DNA of 64,000 bases from a plasmid, in the sequence record NZ_CP018188.1; one strand, given 5' to 3'. Of this stretch, positions 32,475 through 43,885 are shown in pieces. Numbering within the stretch: the stretch's first letter is position 1; each line of letters starts with the position of its first letter. A program made the position numbers and the translations under genes. The notes below the pieces were generated by a model that saw only the letters and a list, made by a program, of their open reading frames with translations, was not told the DNA's origin and searched no databases.

Positions 32475-32747
32475 TTATTGGCTGTTTTTCCTAAATCTCT
32501 CTAAATTCTTCTCTAATTGTTCCTTATGAAGTTGATTCTTAGCTTCCTTTAATGTGTCGTTCAAAGTTTCTTCTCTATAAGTTGATTCTCTTTTAAGTTG
32601 TTCTGTTTCTTGATTTGGAGTGAAAATGATATCTATCAGTAGGTCTATTTTTTCAAGATCTGGGACGGACATATCAGATAGTCGATGAATTAGCTTCTTA
32701 AATATATCACCACTGTCTTGGTTTTTCTTAAAAAATGTTGTAAACAT
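32475..32747 (-). CDS. hypothetical protein (90 aa)
   Basis: ORF only. Confidence 0.3.
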   Translation of the reverse strand: MFTTFFKKNQDSGDIFKKLIHRLSDMSVPDLEKIDLLIDIIFTPNQETEQLKRESTYREETLNDTLKEAKNQLHKEQLEKNLERFRKNSQ

Positions 32748-32773
32748 CTATAATCTCTCAAAAAAGTAACCTA

Positions 32774-32989
32774 TCAGGACTGCTTAGTATGATTCGGAAA
32801 TCGCATCATAAATGGACTGCAATTTCTTAGATTCTCTTTTGCGGCTTTGACTTCTTTATCAATCATTAGGTCATTTGAGCCGGCCACTTGTTGGATAGTG
32901 TCTAGAGCTTGTTTGAGTTCTTCTTCATCCTGACCAAAGACACCAATCAAGAAGACTGTTTGAAACAGTTTATCTCCTGTCTCTGTCAT
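32774..32989 (-). CDS. hypothetical protein (71 aa)
   Basis: ORF only. Confidence 0.3.
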   Translation of the reverse strand: MTETGDKLFQTVFLIGVFGQDEEELKQALDTIQQVAGSNDLMIDKEVKAAKENLRNCSPFMMRFPNHTKQS

Positions 32990-33011
32990 GGTTTTTAATA
33001 GCTCCTCAGCT

Positions 33012-33311
33012 TCATCGATATTGCTTTCTAATTACATGACCTACTTTTTCCAAATAGATACCTGTACGAGCTAGTTTTTGTTGTTTCCCAATCTTTTGGG
33101 ATTCCATCAAAGTCTTCTTTGTTCGTAGTTTCTTCATGGCATCTGCTTTGGTCGAACTTTGTGCATGGAGACTCACAATCTTTTGATACAAACGATTCAA
33201 TTCACTTGGATAGTGAAACTCTCCCGCAAACATTTTTCTGCTTAACTCAATCCAGCTGATATTTCTTTCAGTCAAAATAATGGACAAGTTCCCCCAAAAT
33301 CGTTCAGCCAT
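33012..33311 (-). CDS. hypothetical protein (99 aa)
   Basis: ORF only. Confidence 0.3.
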   Translation of the reverse strand: MAERFWGNLSIILTERNISWIELSRKMFAGEFHYPSELNRLYQKIVSLHAQSSTKADAMKKLRTKKTLMESQKIGKQQKLARTGIYLEKVGHVIRKQYR

Positions 33312-33323
33312 ATTGCTTCTCCT

Positions 33324-33704
33324 TTAGCTAGATAAATAATGTGTTTGTGCCATGTAAATCAATTGTTTCGTATCTCTTGGCAATAGAGCTCTAGCCTCTT
33401 CCAAATTCAGATTTGGATAAACTCGCTTATTTGAAACCGCAAGAGGAAGTCTGATGGTTAGTTCAGGATTTTTTAAAATCATCTCAACGAAATCTGTTAA
33501 TCTTAGATTGTCACGGTTCTTAAATCGTAATAAATTGGGAGATAAATACTCAAAACAATCTGAAGAATAGCTCATCATTTCAATTAATTTGTCCTTTGTC
33601 ATTTCAGAAATAGAATGAGGAGTGACCTCTATGCCATACTTTTGAAAGAAATCCAAAAGAAGTTGATTTCTTTGGCTATTTTTACTTAGATAGAGATCAA
33701 TCAT
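33324..33704 (-). CDS. hypothetical protein (126 aa)
   Basis: ORF; 8-nt overlap with upstream ORF. Confidence 0.35.
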   Translation of the reverse strand: MIDLYLSKNSQRNQLLLDFFQKYGIEVTPHSISEMTKDKLIEMMSYSSDCFEYLSPNLLRFKNRDNLRLTDFVEMILKNPELTIRLPLAVSNKRVYPNLNLEEARALLPRDTKQLIYMAQTHYLSS

Positions 33705-34050
33705 GAGAGATCTCCCAAAGATTCGGTTCCCTTTGATATTCTGAGACGATTAAGGAATCTAATAAATTTGCGAAGTTAATCGGTTTATTGTCTTCATCAT
33801 AAGCTTTTACAGTTACTTGGGTTGTAAGTATTCCCTCTTTTCCCTCGGCTCGATAGCCTTGTCCATATAAAACAAAAACAAGATTTTGATGATCATCTAC
33901 AAAGGCATCAGCTCCGTTCTTTATATCCTGACTTTCAAGGAATTCCATAATGTTTTGAAGATAGGATTCATAAAATAGTGGGTAGTTGTGTTTTTTATGG
34001 TAATCATCTAAAAATGTCACTTCAAACTCACATGGATAATTGGGCATCAA
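33697..34050 (-). CDS. hypothetical protein (117 aa)
   Basis: ORF; first gene of a 5-gene minus-strand string upstream of pezAT. Confidence 0.35.
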   Translation of the reverse strand: MMPNYPCEFEVTFLDDYHKKHNYPLFYESYLQNIMEFLESQDIKNGADAFVDDHQNLVFVLYGQGYRAEGKEGILTTQVTVKAYDEDNKPINFANLLDSLIVSEYQREPNLWEISHD

Positions 34051-35183
34051 AAATAATTGTTCATCCAGCTGTTATTTTATTATTTATCTTACCTATTATA
34101 TAGAAGAAAAATAGTTTTATTTGTAGCTCACAAAATCAAGAAAAATTCCTTCTATTTTCTATTATGCTTTTTTTATTTTATTCTAGACTACTTTTTCTGA
34201 CCAACTTAAAAAGTTAACGCGTCACTCTCATTCTCGCTTTAAGCTTTTCAAAATTGAAAGAAATATGTGTAAAAAACAACATAATATCATAAACGAAAGG
34301 AAAATATTCTTTTATGATAAAAAAACATAGCGAAAAAGATCTCATTAATAATGAGCAACATATCTATGATTGTTTTTCCAACACGACCGCTTTCTTAGGA
34401 TTAGATAGAGTTGAAGTTAGCATAAAAGGAAAAATAAAGTTCGAAGGAACCAAGTTACAAATTTTCTCAAATAATAATAAAAAACTCACTGTTATAAAAT
34501 ATATTGATTCACGATATGAATATATGTGATAATTACAGCACATATTGAAAATGAACAAAATAGTTTTGGAGGTATTGATCAATTTATCATAATTGATTCA
34601 ATTTCTGAATCGCAAAGTGAACTATCTGAGCCCTTTTTGATAATCAAAAGAAGTTAGGATTCTCACATCCCAAATCATATGCAAAATGTTATGTATACGG
34701 AAAAGTCATTCATATATTCGAAAAAATAATTCTAATTGGATTGAACTTATTGTTAAGGACAATTTTGACTTCACAGTCAAACTCCAATATAGTAAAAAAA
34801 TGCGAGTATCAGACATAAATTATGATGTAGGTGACAATCTATTCATATATGCTTTAATTATTTCAAGCGAAAAAACAATAAATCAAAAAAAGCGTTCATA
34901 TTTCAATCTCATAGTAGAGGATATGATAAACAAAACCAGTCTAAAATAGAGAAACAAAAAAACCGCCAAAAATAAATTTGGCAGTTTTTTTGGTAGGGAA
35001 CCTATTAATTCAAACAGTTTCTCATAATCGCTTATCGCAATAAAAAACCGGTATAGTAGGATTCCGCAATTAAATAGCTATATGACTATTATTTAAGACT
35101 AATTATATCTCCCGCATTTGCTAATAACAGTAAAGTGCTTCTTCAGATAAACTTATATTAAATTCGTATTAAGCATATAGTAA

Positions 35184-36633
35184 ACATACTAAGATTAGTA
35201 GTGAAGAAATCTCCGACGGGAGAGAGTACTCACTACTTTTTATTTGTGTTAAAGTAGTGGTGTCTTGTAAAGTCGTGGCTTCTTTTGACGCTAGACGTCG
35301 AGTATTGAAAATGACATCACTAAAATAAGGAATCATTTAAGACAAAGAGGTAATGTCATGTGTGCAGTATTTGGAATTAATGTGAGTAAAACAAGTTCTG
35401 AGGTGGCAATTTTAGTCAACGGTGAGAAGGTTTATGGCTATACTATACCTAATGACATTGTCGGATTTTCTCGTTTACTGGAAGATCTAAAGACCGTGAG
35501 CAACCTCGTAATTATTTTCGAAGCTACTGGTGTCTACTCTCGCCGACTTCAGGCCTTTCTAGAAGAAGACAGCTATGACTATACACGTCTTAATCCTTTA
35601 GCAACTTGATGGATTACGAGTTCGGAAAACCGATAAGATTGATGCAGAGAAACTAGCTTCGTCACAATTCGTCTTAAACCGTAAGCCAACTTACGTTCAA
35701 GAAGAAGTCTATCAAAACTTGCATGATCTTAGTCGATTCTACCAAAATCTGACAGAGGATATCGTAAGGACGAAGAATAGGCTGCACAAAGTTCTTCAAG
35801 TCGCCTTCCCAGAAATCTACTATCTACTCCTACAGGTGAGCAATATTGGAATCTCATGTCCATCTTCCCAACCAAGCATTGGGTGCTAAAATTATCAGAA
35901 GTTGAGTTGAAAGAGACTATTCGCCAGTCAACCTCTAAACGTATTTCAGAGAACAGAGTAGGTAACTTGGCTGAAAAGTTAGTTGGACTGGCAAAGCAAT
36001 CTTATTCTGCCATTTCAAAAACCTCTCCTATGATAGAAGAGGTTAAGTATAATGCACAGGAACTTATAAGATTGACAAACCGTCGAGAACAAGTTTTAGA
36101 ACAGTTGATAGAGTTAGCTAAAACTCTACCTGAATATGAGTTTCTTCTCTCTATTCTTGGTATCGCAGAAACAACGGCTACAAGCGTTATTGGCGAATTA
36201 GGAAACATTCGTTGCTTTAAGTCTGCTAATCAAATCAACACTTTTATCGGTATTGATCTCAAACACTATGAATCGGGAGATTTCCTAGGTCAAGAGCATA
36301 TCACTAAGCGTGGGAATCCTTATGCCAGAAAAATCTTGTTCAAGTGCATTTACAACATCGCTTCAGCTAGCCATACCAATCCCTGCCATATCGCTAACTT
36401 TTATGAGAAACGAAAAAGACAATCGACAATAGCTTCAACTAAGCCACATACGATTACCTCTATACACCGCCTTATTAGGAAAATGTATCACCTCATTACG
36501 CATAACAAACTTTACGATTACTCTTTGACCCAAAATCGATAAGGCTGTCTATGCCGTATTATTGTAACACCTTGTTTCAAAAAATACCAGATGAGGTGTT
36601 TTTTTAGCATGCCCTTTTATGGATCAAAAACTC
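35184..36633 (+). mobile_element. IS110-family element, copy 2, transposase disrupted
   Basis: Same upstream leader and 3' tail as copy 1. The transposase is split into 35358..35609 and 35856..36542, with frame breaks between. Confidence 0.7.
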
Positions 36634-36854
36634 TAAGCAGGCTTAGCCTACTAACTCATGACAGAAAAGAAAGTTCGGCTTATAATGAAGGTGAACAATA
36701 CCAATCCGTTGTCTTTAATAGGGCTTTGCCTAGCCTGTATCAAAAACTGGATGAACAAGAGTCATGAGATAACTCGAATATGCCTTGAGCATGAAAATAA
36801 AATTACTAATAGCCTCTTGTTCTATTGTTCAATAGTTAACAGGAGGTTTTTGTA

Positions 36855-38022
36855 ATGGAAGTTATGATTGAAACTTGTTGTGGAATTGATGTCCACCAAA
36901 AGTCTATCGTTTGTTGTATTCTAGATGGTCCACTAGAAAGCAATAAACCTAAAAAGATTCAGAAAAAATTTGGTACAACAACTATAGCTCTCCAAAACGC
37001 CTTAGATTGGTTATTGGAAAATCACGTCACACATGTCTTTTTTGAAAGCACTGGCCAATATTGGGTACCACTCTTTAATATATTCTCAGACTCAGAACTC
37101 AATTTGATATTAGCTAACCCCCAACATATCAAGAATGTGCCTGGTCGAAAAACAGACATGAAAGATGCCGAATGGATTGCACAGCTCGGACGTTGTGGAC
37201 TTATTGAGCCATCTTACATTCCAAGCCCTGAAGTGATGCAGTTACGTTTACTCACTCGTAGGTTACGTTCTTACAAACAACGTCAAACTCAAATAAAGAA
37301 TGAGATTCATAACCTCTTACAACGTGCTAATATCAAACTAACCAGCTATCTTTCTGATATCTTCTCTAAGACAGGACAGTCTCTTTTAACGCTCTTTATC
37401 AATGGGGAACTCATTGATTATGACAATGTGACAGCTTGTATTCACAAGCATGTCAAAGCAAGTCCCGAAGAATTAATGGAGGCCATGAATGGGAAGTTGT
37501 CACTGGAGGATCGATTTCTCTTGGAGCAAAGCCTAGAAGAATATCAATTGTATCAAAAACTCATGAATAAATTAAGGAGTGAAATAATAGCTTATATCGA
37601 AAAGGAGTTTCCCTGAAGAAAATAGATTACTTCAAATGATTCCTGGTGTGAGTGAAACTTGTGCAGCCACTATTTTAGCTGAGATTGGACCAGATGTGAA
37701 GGCTTTTCAATCAGACGCACACTTAGCTTCTTGGGCTGGGCTCTGCCCAGGATCTTATGAAAGTGCTGGCATTAAAAAATCCTCACATATCACGCAAGGA
37801 AATCGATATATCAAACAGGCTTTGACCATGTCGGGATTGATTGCGGCTCACTCTAAAGACAATGCGTTTTCATCTTTTTATAGCAAAATTTCCCAAAGAG
37901 GAAGTAAGATGAAAGCCGTCATTGCTTGCGCACATAAGCTGCTTCGTATCATTTACAAAATTCTCGCAACACACCAAGAATACGACAAAGAAAAAGTGCT
38001 AGGACTGAGGCAACAGTTCTAA
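36855..38022 (+). pseudogene. second, distinct IS110-family transposase, frameshifted
   Basis: N-terminal CGIDVHQKS DEDD motif (36855..37616) and C-terminal WAGLCPGSYESAG transposase_20-like motif (37636..38022) lie in different frames. Confidence 0.6.
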
Positions 38023-38104
38023 CACCGAAAATTTAAAAAATCTCAATTACAGTATAGCACAAGAAGAGTTTTTTTGCGCTATTTTTAATGTTTTTTTCAA
38101 ATAA

Positions 38105-38148
38105 AAAGACAGTATCCTCAGAATAGCTACTGTCTTATCTGTTTTATT
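38105..38148 (+). terminator. hairpin terminator module (agacagta..tactgtct)
   Basis: aaaagacagtatcctcagaatagctactgtcttatctgtttta. The same hairpin recurs at 51133-51165 and, degenerate, at 50590-50616. Confidence 0.5.
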
Positions 38149-38149
38149 A

Positions 38150-38190
38150 CTTAAAGCCTTGATAGACTTGACTAAGGGTAGAAAAGAGCC
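38150..38190 (+). repeat. solo ISL3-family right-end inverted repeat
   Basis: cttaaagccttgatagacttgactaagggtagaaaagagcc matches the right terminus of the intact ISL3 element (47166-47206). Confidence 0.5.
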
Positions 38191-38503
38191 ATTTTCTATT
38201 GATTCCAAAAAACTATCTATACTGTGATAACATGAATAACAGGACACTCTATGAAGATAATTTATATAAGTTAGAGAAATCACTCTCATCTGAGAAGCGA
38301 TCTTTAGATAATCCGCATTGAAAATTGTTTATTAAATTTTGAACAAAAACTACTCAAGCTGACAAACTAGCATAATTATAAATTTTTTTGAATAATAGCA
38401 TATATCAAACCTAAAATAGAGACAGCTACCCATATCCAAAATTTCCATCGCACATTGTCAAGTCAAGTGCAACAAGTTCATTGATAGCCTAATATTCCAT
38501 TTA

Positions 38504-39251
38504 TTAGGCTGTTTGGGCTAGCCCAAACAGAAATTTTGAAGTTTTGTAATGGTGAAGTCGTCTAGGCCTCCCATTGATAGCTGCTATATACTGAGAGAGC
38601 TCTTCTTCAGTTAGTGGGTTTAAAGATTGTCCTTTAGGAAGAAACTCTCTAAGTAGCCCATTAAAGCTTTCGTTTGTTCTCCTTTCGCGTGACGAATAAG
38701 GATGAGTAAAGTAAATCTCGATGTCATTTAATTCAGATAAGAGACTAAACTCAGAACCGTTATCAGTTGTAATGGATACGATTGGATAACGTTTCATCAA
38801 GTCTTGGAGAGCCTCATTGATGGTCCCAGCTTCTTTATTAGACAACTTACAAGCCCAATCAGACATACGAAAATCATGTAAAACATAGAGTAAAATTTCT
38901 CTACTCCACCAAAATCCTCCATAACAAGTTCCAAAAAATCACTTGATCCTTTACTAACATAATAACCCCCAGTAGATAAATCTGTTAACTTGGAAATTCT
39001 TTTAGGATTTTCAAACGGGATACCTGTCAGAGCCAATCCTCTCCATGCAGGAGAGCTTCCGATTATCATTCTCCTCTTATTACAATCATTGTAAAATTTA
39101 TTATAATAATTCTTACTTGTTCCTTGGCCCTATGAAGTTTCCTCTGAAAAGGGTTTATCACTTGGTAACCATAAGGAATCTTCTCTCGAGTTTCAGATAA
39201 AAAACTATGGAATTGATCAGTTTGGTATGAAAAAGTGGATTCCGTACCCAT
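38504..39251 (-). pseudogene. IS30-family transposase remnant (DDE domain in pieces)
   Basis: ITTDNGSEF .. YFTHPYSSRERRTNESFNGLLREFLPKG catalytic-domain motifs in ORF 38504..38866. Upstream fragments 38797..39069 and 39066..39251 are in other frames. Confidence 0.65.
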
Positions 39252-39276
39252 ATTATCTGATAGAGGAATACAAAAC

Positions 39277-41070
39277 TTAGTTTGTTAACTTTCTATTCGA
39301 AATATCTTTATTTAATAAAAGATTAAATTCTTCAGCGTCATAAATATTTGAAATACTGGAATCAATTATGCTCCCATCTTTTTTAATAAATAATACTCTA
39401 TCAAAATCTTCGATTTCACTTAAATTATGTGTCACTACTAAAACTGTTTTATTTGAGACCAATTCCTTTAGATTTTGAAAAAAATTTTTTTCACTTCTTC
39501 GATCAAAAGCTGAAGTTGGTTCATCTAATATAAAAAAATCTTTCTTAGAATCTAATAGTATTCGAGCAAGTGCTAGTCTCTGCTTTTCTCCTCCACTTAG
39601 ATTCTGATTATCCTCAGATAATGATGCTATCTGATTATCCAAGCGGTTAGTTAAGTTTTCCTCTTTTGAAATATTATCTAAAAGATATTTGAACTTATCT
39701 ATTTGAATATCTTTATTCACTGCTAAGTTTTCTTCTATTGTTCCAGCAAAAAATGAGAATTCCTGTGGTAAAATACCAATTTTTTTTATCATCGAATCGA
39801 AAGAAATTGAAGCTACGTCTTCACCATTTATTAAAATACACCCTTCAGTTGGCCTATATATCCCCAGAAGCAACTTAATAAATGTGGATTTCCCAGAACC
39901 ATTTTCACCAACTAATGCAATTTTTGAAAAAGTAGTGATATCCTCAATCTTTACATTAACATTCTCAAGAATGTTATTCCTTGATTCTTCAGGCTTAAAA
40001 CTAACATTTTTGAACTCTATACTAGATATTTCATGTATATCAACCATAGTTTGACTATTTACTGTAGGTTCTATAAAATCAGTGACACTTGATATATAAG
40101 GCTCGATTCTATTGATGCTCTCTAATGACTGAAAAGCTTGAGTACTACTCATTACAAATTGTGTAGCCATACCAATATAAATTGGTATAACAACTAATAG
40201 ATTTAAATTTATAGCTATATTTAAAATTAGGAGAAGATAAATTACAATAAATAATATTATCTGAAATTTATAAAATAATCTTGATTTCTTATCATTATTA
40301 TGTTTGTATTCTATTGAATCATCTAGTCCTTTTTCATTAAGTAAAAAGTATTTTTTTGAGAAAAATTTTTCCCTTGAAAATGTCTTAATTACATTATAAA
40401 TAGGGTAATTATTTATTATATTATAAATGAAGGAATTCCTTCTCTCTTCTACTCCTAATATTTGTTCAAATAAATTCTTCTGTTCCTCAACCGCTACTTT
40501 ATGGTTCAAATCTCTAACAAAAATAATAATGATTCCGAATATAAGGACAACTATTGAGATGAAAAAAATAGGTACACTCCATAATTTAAATAACAAATAT
40601 CCGAAAGCAAATAAATATATTATAATATTTAATGAAAAGAAGATTAAATTAACGAAATGCTGAAAATTATTACTAACTCCACCAATGTAAGTCTGATTAA
40701 ATCTATACTGATTTAATTTATTATCAAGATTTTCACTAATAATTGTATGTGGGTCTTTTCTTAGTACATTCTCTATCGTTCTATTCAAAATTGAATCGTC
40801 TATCTTTTTACCTCCAATTATATGTAGCTGTCGAATCAATACACGCACAAATTCGAACATCAAAATTACTATACTAAAATAAATAAGCTGTCTAAAAAAA
40901 ATATGCTGCCTGTTAACCAAAACACTGATAAACCAACTAATTAAACCCAGTCTCCCCAAATTGCTTATCATATCAGTTATAACTACTAAAAAGGAGAAGA
41001 TAGAATACCTAGGTTCTTTTTTTAAGATATAAATTATTAATTTATAATAGTTACTATTGGTTATTTTCAT
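39277..41070 (-). CDS. ABC exporter half-transporter (TMD-NBD, 597 aa)
   Basis: Six N-terminal TM helices. Walker A GENGSGKSTF, signature LSGGEKQRLALARI, Walker B ILDEPTSAFD. No C39 peptidase domain. Confidence 0.85.
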   Translation of the reverse strand: MKITNSNYYKLIIYILKKEPRYSIFSFLVVITDMISNLGRLGLISWFISVLVNRQHIFFRQLIYFSIVILMFEFVRVLIRQLHIIGGKKIDDSILNRTIENVLRKDPHTIISENLDNKLNQYRFNQTYIGGVSNNFQHFVNLIFFSLNIIIYLFAFGYLLFKLWSVPIFFISIVVLIFGIIIIFVRDLNHKVAVEEQKNLFEQILGVEERRNSFIYNIINNYPIYNVIKTFSREKFFSKKYFLLNEKGLDDSIEYKHNNDKKSRLFYKFQIILFIVIYLLLILNIAINLNLLVVIPIYIGMATQFVMSSTQAFQSLESINRIEPYISSVTDFIEPTVNSQTMVDIHEISSIEFKNVSFKPEESRNNILENVNVKIEDITTFSKIALVGENGSGKSTFIKLLLGIYRPTEGCILINGEDVASISFDSMIKKIGILPQEFSFFAGTIEENLAVNKDIQIDKFKYLLDNISKEENLTNRLDNQIASLSEDNQNLSGGEKQRLALARILLDSKKDFFILDEPTSAFDRRSEKNFFQNLKELVSNKTVLVVTHNLSEIEDFDRVLFIKKDGSIIDSSISNIYDAEEFNLLLNKDISNRKLTN

Positions 41071-42862
41071 CTATTTCCTCCATTTCATCTTCGTCGACAA
41101 ACATATTTCGATATATTCCCTCACTTGTTATCAATTCTTCATGCTTTCCTCGTTGAACAATATTCCCTTTATCTAAAACCAGTATTTCATCCGAAAATTT
41201 AGTACTACCAACTTTATGAGAAACAAAAATCATTCCTACATGTTGCAATTTATTTTTTACAAAGTCATAAAACATACTCTCTTTTGAGGGATCTAAAGCA
41301 GAGGTAGCTTCGTCAAAGATTCCAAAATTTCTTTGAAAATATACTACTCTAGACAACAACAATAATCTCCTTTCTCCCCCTGAAAATTCCACTCCATTAT
41401 TGTCTTCTTGGCTATTGATCTCTGAATCTACTCCTTTAGTTAGATCACTGATTTTTTTTGATAAACCAACTTTATCAATTGCTTCATAAATTTTTAAATC
41501 ATTTTTATTATCTGAAAGAGATATATTTTCTGAAATAGTTAGATTAAATAAGCTATTTTCCTGTGGTAAGATTGAAAACATATACTTAGCTATAGCTTTA
41601 TATTGCTCATACTTTAACTTTTGGTTATTAATATAAATATCTCCTGAAGAAGGTTTTAGCAACCCTAATATTATATTGACTAACGTTGTTTTTCCGGAAC
41701 CATTTGTTCCTACTATAGCTATTTTATCTTTATCCGTAATCTTAAAGGAAATATCTGATAAAATATAATCTCCCTCATCTTTTGCTCGATAATAAATTTT
41801 GTCAAATCTTATATTTATATCTTTCTGAAGAAAAGTATTTAAAAATTCATCGTTAATAATTGATGATTTCGGGTAGACTTTATCCTTAAAATACTGACTC
41901 CAGTTTTCAACGCTTTCAAAATTTTCATATACATTTCGAAGTGTCCTAAATAGTCGGTTTGTCTGATTTAATAGGTAGTTAACAAGCATAATGATTACCA
42001 TTATTGAGGATAATGAATTTTTATAATCAATATACTGTTTAGAAACCAATAATAATATTAATAAGCCTAACCAGGGTAAAAACTGTTCCATTGTTTCGAA
42101 AATCAGTGTTTTTCGTGTCATTTTTTTTAAAATATCTAAGTACTCATTGTTGAGATAATAATTTTTAGATAAGAGCTTATCTAATCTGCGAGTATATTTG
42201 GTATCCAAAATATTTTCTTTTTTTATTTCCTGAGAAATCAGAAAATTGGTTGTAGCGATATTATTATCAAGAAATTCTTTATATTTTGTCTTAATTTTCG
42301 TGTAAATTGATATCATAAAAAAACTTATCGAAAATAATAAAATTGATATAACTGAATACACTGGATTGAAAAAAAACACTACTATAACACTCAAAATATA
42401 AACTACTGCTAACGATAAGCCTTCCAAAAGTTCATTTAATTGAAATTCTAATCCTTTATTTCCACCACTAAAGATAGAAAAGTATGCTTTTTCTATCTTT
42501 AGCTGTTCAGTATCTGATTGCAGCAATTCAAAGTCGGTCTTTAAAATTTCATTACCTATTTTATATATTTGTGAATATCTAAAAGTATAAGTTAAATCTG
42601 TAAAATGACATCTAAATCTACTATGTAAAATTTTTAAGACCATATAGATAATTGACGTTATTGATATAAAGAATATCTTTGAAAGTAAATCTGAACCATT
42701 TTCAAATAAAATAAGAGTCAAAAAAACTAAGATAAAGTCTATAAAGTTATTAAAAATAGAAAGAAGAAAAAAAGTAATTACCTTTTTTCTATCCTTATAT
42801 TCTAAAGACTTAAAAAATTTTTTTACAAATTCAATTTGTTTTTGTATGTAATCAAATATCAT
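41054..42862 (-). CDS. ABC exporter half-transporter (TMD-NBD, 602 aa)
   Basis: TM domain plus Walker A GTNGSGKTTL, signature FSGGERRLLLL, Walker B FDEATSALD. 17-nt overlap with downstream partner, i.e. a heterodimeric exporter. Confidence 0.85.
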   Translation of the reverse strand: MIFDYIQKQIEFVKKFFKSLEYKDRKKVITFFLLSIFNNFIDFILVFLTLILFENGSDLLSKIFFISITSIIYMVLKILHSRFRCHFTDLTYTFRYSQIYKIGNEILKTDFELLQSDTEQLKIEKAYFSIFSGGNKGLEFQLNELLEGLSLAVVYILSVIVVFFFNPVYSVISILLFSISFFMISIYTKIKTKYKEFLDNNIATTNFLISQEIKKENILDTKYTRRLDKLLSKNYYLNNEYLDILKKMTRKTLIFETMEQFLPWLGLLILLLVSKQYIDYKNSLSSIMVIIMLVNYLLNQTNRLFRTLRNVYENFESVENWSQYFKDKVYPKSSIINDEFLNTFLQKDINIRFDKIYYRAKDEGDYILSDISFKITDKDKIAIVGTNGSGKTTLVNIILGLLKPSSGDIYINNQKLKYEQYKAIAKYMFSILPQENSLFNLTISENISLSDNKNDLKIYEAIDKVGLSKKISDLTKGVDSEINSQEDNNGVEFSGGERRLLLLSRVVYFQRNFGIFDEATSALDPSKESMFYDFVKNKLQHVGMIFVSHKVGSTKFSDEILVLDKGNIVQRGKHEELITSEGIYRNMFVDEDEMEEIDENNQ

Positions 42863-42895
42863 TTATACTACTCCAAATCGTAAGTTACTATTCAA

Positions 42896-43885
42896 TTAGG
42901 TATCAGTTATTTCATAGATATCGTAGTTAAAGGTTATAGGATTTAATGAGTACACATTCCCCAAGAGTCTTGGTTTTGACAACTTTGACAGATATCTATA
43001 AATATCTTCAACACATAATGCAGCAACCATTGACAGATCAGTTATAATACTTGGATGCATTTCTCTTTTCTTTTTTATTAACCTTTTTTTAAGGTAATCT
43101 TGCTGTAATGGAAATTTCATGGAAACAAATTTTTTAAATTTGTAAAACTCAATTTTATTTTCAACTAACGGGCCAACGCTATGTTCACTGACACAAACTA
43201 AAGGAATCTTTAAATCAGCTATTTTGTCAATTAGTTGCATTCTTTCACTAGATTCTGATATATCAATTCCCGTAATTAAATTTATATCATATTTTCTAAT
43301 AATTTCCCCCACATTATCAGCTTTTACTTTTTCATTAAAGGGGATAATTTCACTCAGTTTCCTTTTATTTAATTTACTTGATATTACTTCAACCTTACTT
43401 TTTCCTACATCCTCAAATGAGTATAAAAACTGCCGAGATAAATTTGAGATTTCGATTATATCATCATCTGCAACAACTATCTTCCCTATACCTATATTGC
43501 AAAGCATATTGACAATTGGTGTACCTAGCCCCCCAACACCAATTACCAGTACATTACTGTGAGCTAATCGCTCTTGATATTTCTCTGGCAAAATATCCTT
43601 TGTATCCCACGCCTCAAAAGTTTCAAGCTGACGTTTAAATGGATCGTTATCCTTATGAACTATATTTTGCATCATTACCATGGACTTTGAAATCAAAAAG
43701 TTGATTAATGGGTGATCGCTACTTAACTCACAGTCTCCAGCATCAAGATCTTCTAAAACATGGTAATAATTTTTTAAAGTTTCCATATTACCTGAAATGA
43801 TAAACTTCCTATATTCAGGTAGCAACTGATAAATAACCAGTTTATCAATTTCAATTTTATAATAAATATTATATTTTAACTGCAT
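42896..43885 (-). CDS. ThiF/MoeB/E1-like protein (329 aa), TOMM C-protein-like
   Basis: Rossmann motif VLVIGVGGLGTPIVNMLCNIGIGKIVVADDDIIEISNLSRQ, typical of the E1-like superfamily. Overlaps the upstream gene by 17 nt. Confidence 0.7.
   Translation of the reverse strand: MQLKYNIYYKIEIDKLVIYQLLPEYRKFIISGNMETLKNYYHVLEDLDAGDCELSSDHPLINFLISKSMVMMQNIVHKDNDPFKRQLETFEAWDTKDILPEKYQERLAHSNVLVIGVGGLGTPIVNMLCNIGIGKIVVADDDIIEISNLSRQFLYSFEDVGKSKVEVISSKLNKRKLSEIIPFNEKVKADNVGEIIRKYDINLITGIDISESSERMQLIDKIADLKIPLVCVSEHSVGPLVENKIEFYKFKKFVSMKFPLQQDYLKKRLIKKKREMHPSIITDLSMVAALCVEDIYRYLSKLSKPRLLGNVYSLNPITFNYDIYEITDT

Noticed and set aside
43224-43562. Plus-strand ORF 43224..43562 and similar antisense ORFs 40427..40663, 44580..44786, 56205..56441 and 58249..58434
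   Set aside because: Each lies antisense within a strongly supported minus-strand gene (ThiF-like, ABC transporters, salY, salT) and has no independent signals.
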